Shown here piece by piece: positions 30,320 through 39,566 of a stretch of 64,000 nt of DNA. The DNA is from a virus. The stretch lies in the IMG/VR virus record IMGVR_UViG_3300009130_000010, positions 1-64,000 of that record, one strand, 5' to 3'. Under the pieces are notes generated by a model. That model was given only the letters and a program-made list of their open reading frames with translations. It made no database searches and was not told the DNA's origin. The position numbers were made by a program, and so were the translations under genes. Positions within the stretch are counted from its first letter, which is position 1. Every line of letters begins with the position of its first letter.

Positions 30320-31048
30320 CTAAAATATTAATCCGTATACGATTGCTTTACTCTTACTTACCATTTCTTCCGCATTACCTGTAGGTGCCTGAACGTATAC
30401 TCCTGTTCCTCCACCGCCTGGTGCTTTAGCATATACTAATGATTTGCCAGCTACCGCACTTGGATCTGTTGTTTGTGTTAATCTCATAAGGCCATCAGTA
30501 GTAATATTACCTGTAACATCTAATGTAGTTGATACAGTTGCGGCTCCTGTAACTGCCAATGTTGAACCATCGAAAGTTAAATTTGCTTCACCTGTAATAG
30601 CGTTAGCACCTGTAACAGTAGTAACTTGATTATTAGTTGACCCTGTTAATGCTGTTCCACTACTTAAACCATCTACATAACTTTTTGTTGCTAAATGATC
30701 TGAACTTGTCGGTGTTGCCGCTGATACAGTAGTTAATGAACCACCTTCTTTAAAAGTAAAACTATCAATACTGTCATCATACAGCATTGTTACGTTTGTT
30801 GCTGTACCTCTTTCTATTTCAATACCAGACGTTGTTGCTGTAATACCAGCACCAGTTTCGCCACTGTTTAAAACAATAGTATTATCTGATATTGTAGAAT
30901 TAGTTGTTTCTACTTCAGTTTTAGTACCTTGAACAACAAGATTTCCATCTACTGTAAGTGAATGAGTTTTTACTGTGACATTAGAATCGGCACCACTAGT
31001 GGTGATTTTATAATGTCCGTCAAACCGTTTTTCAGAAATTTTTGCCAT
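30320..31048 (-). CDS. Virion structural protein (fibre-related)
   Basis: GNLVVQGT, ISDNTIVLN, GIEIERG, LATKSYVD; ends KSKAIVYGLIF. Confidence 0.7.
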   Translation of the reverse strand: MAKISEKRFDGHYKITTSGADSNVTVKTHSLTVDGNLVVQGTKTEVETTNSTISDNTIVLNSGETGAGITATTSGIEIERGTATNVTMLYDDSIDSFTFKEGGSLTTVSAATPTSSDHLATKSYVDGLSSGTALTGSTNNQVTTVTGANAITGEANLTFDGSTLAVTGAATVSTTLDVTGNITTDGLMRLTQTTDPSAVAGKSLVYAKAPGGGGTGVYVQAPTGNAEEMVSKSKAIVYGLIF

Positions 31049-31060
31049 AATCAATTATCC

Positions 31061-31714
31061 TTATACATTATTTATTTCTTTTTCGAACTGTTCAAATGTT
31101 ATTTCACGGTGATTAGAGCAACAATCCCACTCTTTTGGCACATAATTGCTTAAAGCACCGACTCTAGTAAAATTTATTGCTGGATAATCTAACATTATTC
31201 TACGAATTTGATCAACCCAATTCATATAATATGTTGCGGTCGCTGTTTCAGGTTTATAAGCATTGGTTCCAGCATATATATTATTTAAATTATTCATCTT
31301 ATCACCAATACCTAAAAAATCAAATCCTATTATATAAATGAATTTGGGTGATTCTAAACAAGCATAAGTTAAAGCAACTTGACCACTACTGTATCCCCAA
31401 TTATGTTCTATTTTTCTACTGTAATTATTTTGATAATCTGTCTCCTGCCATTTCCTATTCATATGAGTTTTAATAAGTTTGCCAGGTCGTCTTGTATAAA
31501 AAGGAATTTTTTTTGGAATATTTTCTAAAACATCTGGATTTATTTCTGATAACTCTATTTCTTCCCTCATATTATCATCAGTACACACTAATACATCTGG
31601 TAAGAAATCTCTATATAGAGCATTACACCCGTATATAGTTCCTTTTCCTCTTAATGTATTTAAATCAAAATTTGATCTTGATGTTCCGTTACCTATAACG
31701 AATGCTTTTGACAT
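31061..31714 (-). CDS. Putative glycosyltransferase-like protein, paralog of 18733..19488
   Basis: FVIGNGTSR, YGCNALYRDF.PDVLV, WGYSSG, IYIIGFDF, NNIYAGT. Confidence 0.55.
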   Translation of the reverse strand: MSKAFVIGNGTSRSNFDLNTLRGKGTIYGCNALYRDFLPDVLVCTDDNMREEIELSEINPDVLENIPKKIPFYTRRPGKLIKTHMNRKWQETDYQNNYSRKIEHNWGYSSGQVALTYACLESPKFIYIIGFDFLGIGDKMNNLNNIYAGTNAYKPETATATYYMNWVDQIRRIMLDYPAINFTRVGALSNYVPKEWDCCSNHREITFEQFEKEINNV

Positions 31715-31726
31715 TGTAGTTCCTTC

Positions 31727-31763
31727 AAAAAAAAATGACTGCTAACGTTAATTAGCAGTCATT
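31727..31763 (-). terminator. Rho-independent terminator
   Basis: AATGACTGCTAA-6nt-TTAGCAGTCATT stem followed by a T run on the minus strand. Confidence 0.85.
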
Positions 31764-31793
31764 CTGTATTTCAAATTATGTATCTGAATTAGA

Positions 31794-32255
31794 TTATGCG
31801 TCTTCAGTGAAGTCGTCGTCATCTCCGCCGACTAACGTATTGTCGTCGCCAGATTCTTCCATTCTAACTTTACCAGTAGCCGCCGCTTCATCTAGAGACC
31901 ATTGAATTGATTCTCCGTCTAAAGCATTTGAACCTGTAGCACTTGGTTTAGCTAAAGTAACTTTACGACCTGAAATTTTGCTCACGCCATAAGTTTCTGA
32001 ATCAGCACCTTGTACTGAAATTGACATTTCAGTAGCCGCCAAAGCCGCAGGTAATTTTCCTGTAGTAAGTGTACAATCAAAAGTTCCAGCTGTGCCGATT
32101 TCTTCAACACGGAATTTTTTACTGCCAATTTGTTTTACGATATAGCCTTCTTTAACAGCCGTACCGTTATGAAAATTTACTTTGATTTCTAATCCTGAAG
32201 CAGTCGGGCCTACGCCTTCGACTCCAAAGAATTTTTTATTAAGTGGACGTCCCAT
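31794..32255 (-). CDS. Putative virion/head decoration protein
   Basis: MGRPLNKKFFG...GYIVKQIGSKKF; has its own late promoter, structured leader, AGGAG SD and terminator. Confidence 0.65.
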   Translation of the reverse strand: MGRPLNKKFFGVEGVGPTASGLEIKVNFHNGTAVKEGYIVKQIGSKKFRVEEIGTAGTFDCTLTTGKLPAALAATEMSISVQGADSETYGVSKISGRKVTLAKPSATGSNALDGESIQWSLDEAAATGKVRMEESGDDNTLVGGDDDDFTEDA

Positions 32256-32353
32256 TTTTTTTCTCCTAAGTTACGTTCTATGTAATACGCGGTGGGTCAA
32301 TTCCGCATAAGTCCTCTGTTGAGGCACGATTTTCGACACTAGTATTTATCCAA

Positions 32354-32953
32354 TTAAATGTGTTTTCTTACTACATCATAAACACATTTATGACCATAAG
32401 CATTTAATTTTCTATCGTTAGTACAATCTCTAAAAAACGATCCAACGTTTGTTAAATCAGGATGTTGTTCCATTACCCATCCCCAAAATTGAGGTATTTC
32501 TCCCCTCTTAAGATAAGGTATAATAAAAAGTTTATCAGTTGAAATGTTTCTATTTTCTTGTACAAAAAATAAACAACGTTTATCTTTTGACCATTGATCT
32601 AATATATTATAAACAAAATTAGATTGCCATTTACAATAATCATCTATTATTTGAGGTCCATGATCATCTGTATTATGTATTGGGCCTCTACTATCCCAAT
32701 TTAAAGATCTATGTGACGAGGGTACTACACTTATAAAAAAATTATCATCGATGTTACTGTTTATAATAATACTAGCATAATACAATGGACTTACTGAATG
32801 TGACGTAAATGGTCCTTCTAGTAATTCAGGTGTTAAACCTAGCTCTTCTGCTAATAATTCCCACCAATGTTCACCTTGTTTTACATTAAAATTATCATAA
32901 GCACCTGGGCTTGTTATTGTTTGATCACCGTACACTATTAACTTCTTACTCAT
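32354..32953 (-). CDS. Degenerate SGNH/GDSL-like protein
   Basis: LIVYGDQ (GDS-like), WWELLAEELG, C-terminal LNAYGHK; nucleophile Ser absent. Confidence 0.45.
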   Translation of the reverse strand: MSKKLIVYGDQTITSPGAYDNFNVKQGEHWWELLAEELGLTPELLEGPFTSHSVSPLYYASIIINSNIDDNFFISVVPSSHRSLNWDSRGPIHNTDDHGPQIIDDYCKWQSNFVYNILDQWSKDKRCLFFVQENRNISTDKLFIIPYLKRGEIPQFWGWVMEQHPDLTNVGSFFRDCTNDRKLNAYGHKCVYDVVRKHI

Positions 32954-32961
32954 ACTAATAC

Positions 32962-33306
32962 CTATAAAATGTGATGTGCTTTAACAATTAACGTATTTGT
33001 TTCTACATCTTTTAATTTACATTGACAACCTAATCGACTTTTAATAGATTCGTTATAATGCATTTTTCCAGCAAGTTCTAATACACGAATTTCTTGCCCA
33101 CTTAATTTAATATCCTGTCTTGTTTGATAACCTTGAATAATTTCAACATGACAAGTAGCACACTTCATATTGCCTCCACATTTACCCCATGGCTCACGTT
33201 GATTTATCTGAAATTGATCATATAGTGCTGTCATTATTGTATCATTATCGGAATATTCTACGTTAATTTCTTTTTCTTGACTTGTAATACATTTAAACGT
33301 TTTCAT
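32962..33306 (-). CDS. 2Fe-2S ferredoxin, adrenodoxin type (start likely ATG 33306)
   Basis: CGGNMKCATCHV ... SRLGCQ; TATAAATA 5 nt upstream of ATG 33306. Confidence 0.88.
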   Translation of the reverse strand: MKTFKCITSQEKEINVEYSDNDTIMTALYDQFQINQREPWGKCGGNMKCATCHVEIIQGYQTRQDIKLSGQEIRVLELAGKMHYNESIKSRLGCQCKLKDVETNTLIVKAHHIL

Positions 33307-33325
33307 ATTAATATTTATAGAGGTC

Positions 33326-33354
33326 AAAAAGAAAGGCGCCTAAGCGCCTTTCTT
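33326..33354 (-). terminator. Terminator after major capsid gene
   Basis: AAGAAAGGCGC-CTAA-GCGCCTTTCTT stem with T run on the minus strand. Confidence 0.88.
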
Positions 33355-33378
33355 AATGTAGTAAAATCTAATCTAATA

Positions 33379-34551
33379 TTAGCTAAAGCTAATGTTAGAC
33401 ATTGCAATTTCACCCAAGTAGTCACCAGCATTACCAAGTGAAGATGCTGTGTTAGTTAACTCAACATATCCATATCTTGTCATAAAGCCAACAACTGGTT
33501 CTAATGTAGCTGGATCAAGCACAACGCCTGAGCTCATTAGAGGTACGTATGGGCAGTAGAACGCCGCCGCATCTGCTTCGCTTGAACCTTTGTATCCAAC
33601 TAGTACAGCTGAGTTATCAGCCGCATAAGTGTCAACGTAGATTTTCATAGCGCCATTCAATGTACCTACAAACTTGTTGTTTGTTGGTGCTTCAAATGAA
33701 CCTTCAGTTGTTCTTGCGAACGCTGAAGTAGAAGCAGACTGAAGTACTGTAAGAGCAAGTGGAGAAACCACAGCCCAGTTACCAGCACCACGTCTTGTTC
33801 TTTGTGCGATTTTATTAGCAACTCTGTTAATTAAAACAGCCAGAGCCGCGTGTTCATCACCAACGTAAGTAGCAGTACCGCTTACAGCCGCTTGGTTGTA
33901 AGTTTCTTCAGTAGCCGCTAATGATCTCAAAGAAGTAAGAACTTCTTGGTCGATCTCAGCAGTAATTTCTTGAGCCAGTGCGGCCATAATTTCTGCTTCA
34001 ACGTCGATTCCGTGCATTGATTGAGCATCTTGTGCCGATTCAAAAGTCCAACGAGCTGATAGCTTTCTTGTTTTAGCTTCAACAGGTTGCTTTAAAATCT
34101 GAATGTTCAATCTTTTACCTGCGTTACCCTCTAAAGCAGAAGTACTAGCACCTGCTCCTGGGTCACCGTCATTACCTGAGTAAGACTCAGCAATTTTAAA
34201 CGGACTTAATGCCTCGTCACCAGCGGCGATGTTTGTAGCACCACCAGTAGTAGCATCAGCATATCTCACACGAAGTGTGTGAATTTGGCCAACTGGACCT
34301 TGCATTGGTTGAACACCAACGATTTCGTTCGCGATCACAGTAGGCATAACACGTCTGATTACAGGTAGAATCACACGGTTTAGAGTAGCAACGTTGCCGG
34401 CAGATGTAGCGCCAGCCGTCGCCGCCTCTTTTAAGTAATTGCGGGTGTTTTCTAAAACAACACTCATAGTAGTTTTAGAAGAACCTTCTAAACCTTCCAT
34501 AAGAGCCGATTTAGTGTCATCCCAACGGCTTTCAATTAATGTATCTGACAT
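33379..34551 (-). CDS. Major capsid protein (T4 gp23-like)
   Basis: IRRVMPTVIANEIVGVQPM, TRKLSARWTFE, EITAEID, TRRGAGN, FYCPYVPL, FMTRYG. Confidence 0.97.
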   Translation of the reverse strand: MSDTLIESRWDDTKSALMEGLEGSSKTTMSVVLENTRNYLKEAATAGATSAGNVATLNRVILPVIRRVMPTVIANEIVGVQPMQGPVGQIHTLRVRYADATTGGATNIAAGDEALSPFKIAESYSGNDGDPGAGASTSALEGNAGKRLNIQILKQPVEAKTRKLSARWTFESAQDAQSMHGIDVEAEIMAALAQEITAEIDQEVLTSLRSLAATEETYNQAAVSGTATYVGDEHAALAVLINRVANKIAQRTRRGAGNWAVVSPLALTVLQSASTSAFARTTEGSFEAPTNNKFVGTLNGAMKIYVDTYAADNSAVLVGYKGSSEADAAAFYCPYVPLMSSGVVLDPATLEPVVGFMTRYGYVELTNTASSLGNAGDYLGEIAMSNISFS

Positions 34552-34568
34552 TTTTTATGTCTCCCTTT

Positions 34569-35660
34569 TTACATTCCTGCCAATTTTCGAAGAAGAACAA
34601 TGTTATCCTCAGAATTTTGGCTAGTTTTATTAGATTTATTTCCAGTAACCTCTTTACGAGCTTCAGTAATAATCTTTTTACTTGGCGCTTCGTCTTTTAG
34701 TACTGCTGGCAAATATTTGTCGTAAGCTGATTGTATTTTATCAGTTGCGACGCTCTCGAGTAAACTATTCATTACTTCCGCCTGCTTGTTACCAAGTGGC
34801 TTCATTAATTCATTAAGTTTTGATTTTCTTTCGATACCCTCGTTAATTTTCTCAATTTTTGCCTTTTGAGTTTCAACTTCTTTAGCAGATGCTTCTGATT
34901 TCTCATTAGCTTCTTTTAATTGTTTGTCTTTATCAACTATTACTGCTTCTAAATCTTTCATTTCTTGATTTTCATTCAAGTAACTAGTAGAATATTCAGC
35001 GGCAAATGTTTCGAACAATTTACGTCCAAAGTTATTTTCACGAGCTTGTTTGATATCTTCTTTGAGTTGAGTTAGTTCATCCTTCAAAGAACCTGTTACA
35101 GCTTCTTTAACAAGTTTGCTTGATTTCTCTATGAATTTCTTCTTAAGATTATCTAATTGATCTTTTGCTTCAGATACTAATTTAACTTTAGTTTCAATGA
35201 CGTCTTTCTTGTCTTTGTGGAACTCGTTAATTTCTTCAGCAAGATTATTAATTACAAACTTTTCAAGTTTTTCCATTGTAGCTTTCTGAGACTTACGATC
35301 TGATCTAAGTTCTGTAATTTCTTCAGCTAATTTCTTAACCATAAAACTATTAAACTTTTCAGAAGCTTCAGTCATTTTCGTATTAAACTTAACACGATCT
35401 TCAGCTAGTGCTTTCTTTTCAGCAACAACTTTGCTAATTTCAGCACTCAGGTGTTCTGTAACCATCTTGTCAAGAGCCTCAACCATTGTTTGTTTGTCAT
35501 GCTCGTAACGACCTGCGAACTCCTCACGGAGGTCTTGACGAACCTCTTCACGGATTTCCTCTAACTTGGTATCCCAAGCTTCAGTAATCTGCTTACGAGT
35601 TTCTTCATTTACTAAATCGCTATCTAGCAATGGTTTGATGACTTCTAGCATATTGGTCAA
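34569..35660 (-). CDS. Prohead core scaffold protein (gp22-like); start may be ATG 35651
   Basis: Coiled-coil protein between protease and capsid genes; FGRKLFETFAAE. Confidence 0.85.
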   Translation of the reverse strand: MTNMLEVIKPLLDSDLVNEETRKQITEAWDTKLEEIREEVRQDLREEFAGRYEHDKQTMVEALDKMVTEHLSAEISKVVAEKKALAEDRVKFNTKMTEASEKFNSFMVKKLAEEITELRSDRKSQKATMEKLEKFVINNLAEEINEFHKDKKDVIETKVKLVSEAKDQLDNLKKKFIEKSSKLVKEAVTGSLKDELTQLKEDIKQARENNFGRKLFETFAAEYSTSYLNENQEMKDLEAVIVDKDKQLKEANEKSEASAKEVETQKAKIEKINEGIERKSKLNELMKPLGNKQAEVMNSLLESVATDKIQSAYDKYLPAVLKDEAPSKKIITEARKEVTGNKSNKTSQNSEDNIVLLRKLAGM

Positions 35661-36289
35661 CTCCTAACTTTTAAGTCTTGGATGAGTTTTAATACTTCAT
35701 CCTTTAAGTATTTCTGTACCATATTATCATGCTGTGCCTCTTTAGCAATTTCTAAAACTTTATGACCATGTTTCATGTTCAAAAGTCCTTCGTATATTGC
35801 CTGAGGGTAGGCATTAGGTGCAGAAGGTTGAGCTACGACATCTATCGTAACTATCTCGAATTCGCTCACCTGTCCGGTGGCTTCATTGACGTTGCCGCTT
35901 CCGCGACTTGATACCCCTAATTTAACACCACTGTCTAACATAGTTTTCACTAGTTGTCCCATTGGCGTGGGTAAAATCTTTAACTTACCAAATCCGTTTG
36001 GACCATCCATCCACATACTTTCTACTAGGTGGCATACTCTTTCCAGGTTAACTTGTAACCCTTCAGGATGATCAACTTCGCCAAGCACACTATTGCCTGT
36101 CTGGACTTGATCGTTTAATTTCTTAACTGCCGAAGCAATTTCATTCACAGGATATACTCTTTCATTGGCGTTTTTAACTCCGCCTTGAATACAAATCCCT
36201 TTCATGTACAAGTCTTTGCCTTCGTTAGCGGACTCAACTATTAAGCCTGCTTGATCGAATGTTAAATTTTCTTGTAATAAAGGTTTCAT
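35657..36289 (-). CDS. Prohead protease (T4 gp21-like)
   Basis: NANERVYP, LGEVDHP, GVSSRGSG, DVVAQPSAPNAY. Confidence 0.95.
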   Translation of the reverse strand: MKPLLQENLTFDQAGLIVESANEGKDLYMKGICIQGGVKNANERVYPVNEIASAVKKLNDQVQTGNSVLGEVDHPEGLQVNLERVCHLVESMWMDGPNGFGKLKILPTPMGQLVKTMLDSGVKLGVSSRGSGNVNEATGQVSEFEIVTIDVVAQPSAPNAYPQAIYEGLLNMKHGHKVLEIAKEAQHDNMVQKYLKDEVLKLIQDLKVRS

Positions 36290-36302
36290 GTTTTAAGTAT
36301 CC

Positions 36303-37247
36303 TTACTTTGTAACTGGTTTTGGTGCTGGTTTTAAAGCCTGCTTACCGCCGCCTTTTGTACCTGTGTTACCTGCATCTTCGATTTTTGGAGATGCCGCTT
36401 TAGCACCTTTTTCTTCAGCTGAACCTTTTGCGATATTACCGGCAGAGCCGCCCATATCATTTTTACCAGCAACTGGTCCACCTTTGCCGTCGCCTTCTTC
36501 TGAAGTTACTGGAGCAGGTGCTTTTGTTTTGTACTCAACAACCTTCTCTTTAGCTTCGTCAACAGCTTCGTCATCTGATGCTTCTTCGACTGCTTCGTCT
36601 TCTTTTGTTTCTGGAACAATTGACTCTTCAGGAGCAATTTCTGGCTCCATCTCTGGGTCCATTGCTGGCTCCATGTCATCAGCTGGTGCTTCTTCGTCAT
36701 CAGCAGGTGCTTCTTCTTTACCAGTCATTTGTTCAAATTCGCTTCTTAAATCATCAATAGCAGTTTGAAGATCTAAAATTTCGTCTTCCATGCGTTCAGC
36801 ATCGTCGTCATCCATTTTAGCTTCGCCTTCTTCACCACCATCAACACCAAGTTCGTCAGCTATATCACCAGCATCTGATTCAGGATCTTCATCGTCGTCA
36901 TCATCTTCTGATTTTATGCCAACTTCGTCAGCTTTAATATCGGCAACCATGTCAGCAGTTTCGTCATCGGAAAAGTGTTCTTCAACTTTTTCGTCTGATG
37001 CTTCTTCTACTTCATCGGTTGATTCTTTTGTTTCGTCGGCTTCTTCAACTTTTTCATCTTCATCTTTAGCTTCTTCGACTTCGTCTTCTTTTGAAGCTTC
37101 ATCGATATCAGCAAGATCTTCTTCGTCGATTAAATTTTCGTAAATTTTACGAGATTCATCAACCGCGATCTCATGAAAAAGTTCTTTAGCCTTATCTTCT
37201 TCCTCGTTAACTACTAATTCAACGAGAGATTTCCATTTGTCATTCAT
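36303..37247 (-). CDS. Very acidic prohead core/internal protein
   Basis: 314 aa Asp/Glu-rich, in the head operon; many VEEA/IDEA repeats; TAAATA at 37294. Confidence 0.7.
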   Translation of the reverse strand: MNDKWKSLVELVVNEEEDKAKELFHEIAVDESRKIYENLIDEEDLADIDEASKEDEVEEAKDEDEKVEEADETKESTDEVEEASDEKVEEHFSDDETADMVADIKADEVGIKSEDDDDDEDPESDAGDIADELGVDGGEEGEAKMDDDDAERMEDEILDLQTAIDDLRSEFEQMTGKEEAPADDEEAPADDMEPAMDPEMEPEIAPEESIVPETKEDEAVEEASDDEAVDEAKEKVVEYKTKAPAPVTSEEGDGKGGPVAGKNDMGGSAGNIAKGSAEEKGAKAASPKIEDAGNTGTKGGGKQALKPAPKPVTK

Positions 37248-37386
37248 ATTGTGACTCCTTTAATACATGAGATATGGCGCATTTTCGTAATAGTATTTAC
37301 AAATATGCTATGTTAATTAGTTAAAACGTCAGATTATTGACGGTTTTGGCCGATTATCTGATATTTTAATTGGGGGTTTTATGATG

Positions 37387-37605
37387 TTATAAATCGTCGC
37401 CTGATTCTTGTTGCCCGTACTGTGCCTTAATCTTTTCTATCATTTTTGACTTTTCGAATTTTTTAGCATCGTACATTTTTCTCAGGCCATTTATTTGACT
37501 CAAAGTCAACTTACTCTTGCGAGTATTACCTTGTGCTAAAACACTATGATCTTTTTCTGGATCATAGAATTTATCATCTTGTTGATTTAATTCAAATAGT
37601 TTCAT
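37387..37605 (-). CDS. Small conserved head-region protein (start likely ATG 37605)
   Basis: MKLFEL...TRKSKLTLSQINGLRKM...QYG; TAAATA 5 nt upstream. Confidence 0.7.
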   Translation of the reverse strand: MKLFELNQQDDKFYDPEKDHSVLAQGNTRKSKLTLSQINGLRKMYDAKKFEKSKMIEKIKAQYGQQESGDDL

Positions 37606-37613
37606 AACTGTAT

Positions 37614-37829
37614 TTATTTCCAAGGACGGCCAGCAAATAAGCCTTTTGTGTTACCGTTATCTTTTACTTTATCTGTACGATTTTCACCAGGGGCATATAA
37701 CGTAGGTAATCTTCCTTTTATAAGTTGAGATGGTTTGCCATCTCTAGCACGTTTTTCAGCCGCGGCGGCTAATTTGGCTTCTTGCCTTTGTCTTTTATAT
37801 TGTAAATGTGATATACCGTTAGCACTCAT
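37614..37829 (-). CDS. Small basic hypothetical protein
   Basis: MSANGIS...LPTLY...GRPW; TAAATA 5 nt upstream. Confidence 0.7.
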   Translation of the reverse strand: MSANGISHLQYKRQRQEAKLAAAAEKRARDGKPSQLIKGRLPTLYAPGENRTDKVKDNGNTKGLFAGRPWK

Positions 37830-37845
37830 ACTAATATTTATTCAA

Positions 37846-39522
37846 TTAGATTGAAATATCTTCTTCGCCGCCGGCTTCTGGTTCTGCTCCAGCTTCGCCT
37901 TCACCACCTTCACCACCTTCACCTGTGTCAAGATCAGCGCCGCCGAGATCGCCACCCATAGTATCCATGTCAGCACCTAATCCACCAGGAGTAATACCAG
38001 CACTTCTAAGTGCCTTACCACCTAACACATTATCAGAATCGCCTTGTTCTTCACGCCACAGAATATCATTCTTTTTCATTTCTTCTTCAGTTAAACCTAA
38101 GAATCTTTCTAAAGCAAATCGTTTACTAATATAATTAATACCTTCTGTTTGTGTAAAGTTACTAATTCTACTAGCATCAATATCACTTTGTCTGTAACTA
38201 GCAAAGTTTTGAGGCTCATTAAATTCAATATCAAAAATTGAATTGTCAATGTTAACACCTCTCCAACGTAACCACAATTTAAATTCAGCGTCCATTGTAC
38301 TTGCTATTAAACTTTGTAGTCGCATACAATACTGATTAAATCTGTGTTCTTGGATTAATGCTACACCTACTTTACCATCTGCTACTGTATTAGTAGCGTC
38401 ATCACCTGATGTAGGTAGATATGTTGCTGGAATTCTTAAACCTCTATACAACTTATTAGTAAAGTATTTTAAGTCTGATATCTCACCAAGGTTTTCACCG
38501 CCTGGTAATGTTTCAACTTTAGAACCTCTACCTTCTGCTGTTTGAGGGAAGAAATAATCTTCATTAATTGATAATGGATTGTAAGTAGCATCCATCATAC
38601 TTTGTCCACCACCACTTTGTGTTGGAATACGTCTTTGGTGAATTTCGTTTTTAACTCTTTCAACATAGCCCATTGCCATATGTGTCGGCATATTACCTAC
38701 GTCAATATAAAACACTCTACGCTCAGGTGCTCTTTGTACCCTGTATATAATAATAGCGTCTTCTAATAATTCTTTTTGTTTGAATACTTTAAATATATTT
38801 TCTAATATACTTGTACCAAAAGGCCAGTTAGCATCTAAGCCTTCTGTTAAACTTAAATGTACAACGTTCTCAGCATCTATAGAGTTTTCAGTTGTTTCTG
38901 TTTGTCTGCCACTATACATACTAGCTTGATTGTAACCAGTTGTAGTTGAACTAGGTTGCATCTGTGCTGTTTCTGTATGTTGCGGTGCTGTAACTGTTAA
39001 GTTTTCAAAGTTAGGAGCAATATCTTTTAATACATAAACTTCAGGTTGTTTTCCTTTAGCTTCATTAACAACAACTTTTACCACGTTTTGTGGTTCAACC
39101 CAAAACCATTCAAAAGTTTCTGGATCTCTAATAAATGTTTGGTCGCCGTACTTGAGTACGTTGCGAAACATTTTAAAAATTCTTTTATTAAAATCGTTTA
39201 AGCTAGTCCAATTTTTAAGTTGTTCTGCTAAAACTTTCATTTCAGTTTCAGTTGGTGCTTCTTTAAAATTAAATGTAAATGGTGTTCCGTTTTCTGGGGA
39301 CTTCATTGTACAAAATTCTGCTAAAATATCAATTGCTGTATTAACTTCTGAATCCATATCCATAGATTCATATTGAGCATATCTTTCAATTCTATTCGGG
39401 TGACCAATATATACTTCGGGAAGTTGACTTTGATAGTTCTTAAAAGCTAGATCTGGGGTCGAGCCTCTAATAGGACTAATTGTTCCTGTATCTACTGTCT
39501 TAAAATATTTTTTCCAACTCAT
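37846..39522 (-). CDS. Portal protein (T4 gp20-like)
   Basis: LLEDAIIIYRVQRAPERRVFYIDVGNMP, EDYFFP, GSKVETLPGG. Confidence 0.97.
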   Translation of the reverse strand: MSWKKYFKTVDTGTISPIRGSTPDLAFKNYQSQLPEVYIGHPNRIERYAQYESMDMDSEVNTAIDILAEFCTMKSPENGTPFTFNFKEAPTETEMKVLAEQLKNWTSLNDFNKRIFKMFRNVLKYGDQTFIRDPETFEWFWVEPQNVVKVVVNEAKGKQPEVYVLKDIAPNFENLTVTAPQHTETAQMQPSSTTTGYNQASMYSGRQTETTENSIDAENVVHLSLTEGLDANWPFGTSILENIFKVFKQKELLEDAIIIYRVQRAPERRVFYIDVGNMPTHMAMGYVERVKNEIHQRRIPTQSGGGQSMMDATYNPLSINEDYFFPQTAEGRGSKVETLPGGENLGEISDLKYFTNKLYRGLRIPATYLPTSGDDATNTVADGKVGVALIQEHRFNQYCMRLQSLIASTMDAEFKLWLRWRGVNIDNSIFDIEFNEPQNFASYRQSDIDASRISNFTQTEGINYISKRFALERFLGLTEEEMKKNDILWREEQGDSDNVLGGKALRSAGITPGGLGADMDTMGGDLGGADLDTGEGGEGGEGEAGAEPEAGGEEDISI

Positions 39523-39566
39523 AATATTCTGTTCCTTATCCCTTTATATGGGTATATTATATTTAG

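Noticed and set aside
37330-37362. Imperfect hairpin AAAACGTCA-GATTAT-TGACGGTTTT upstream of the head operon
   Set aside because: Single weak stem, plausibly a minor terminator; not enough evidence to call a feature.
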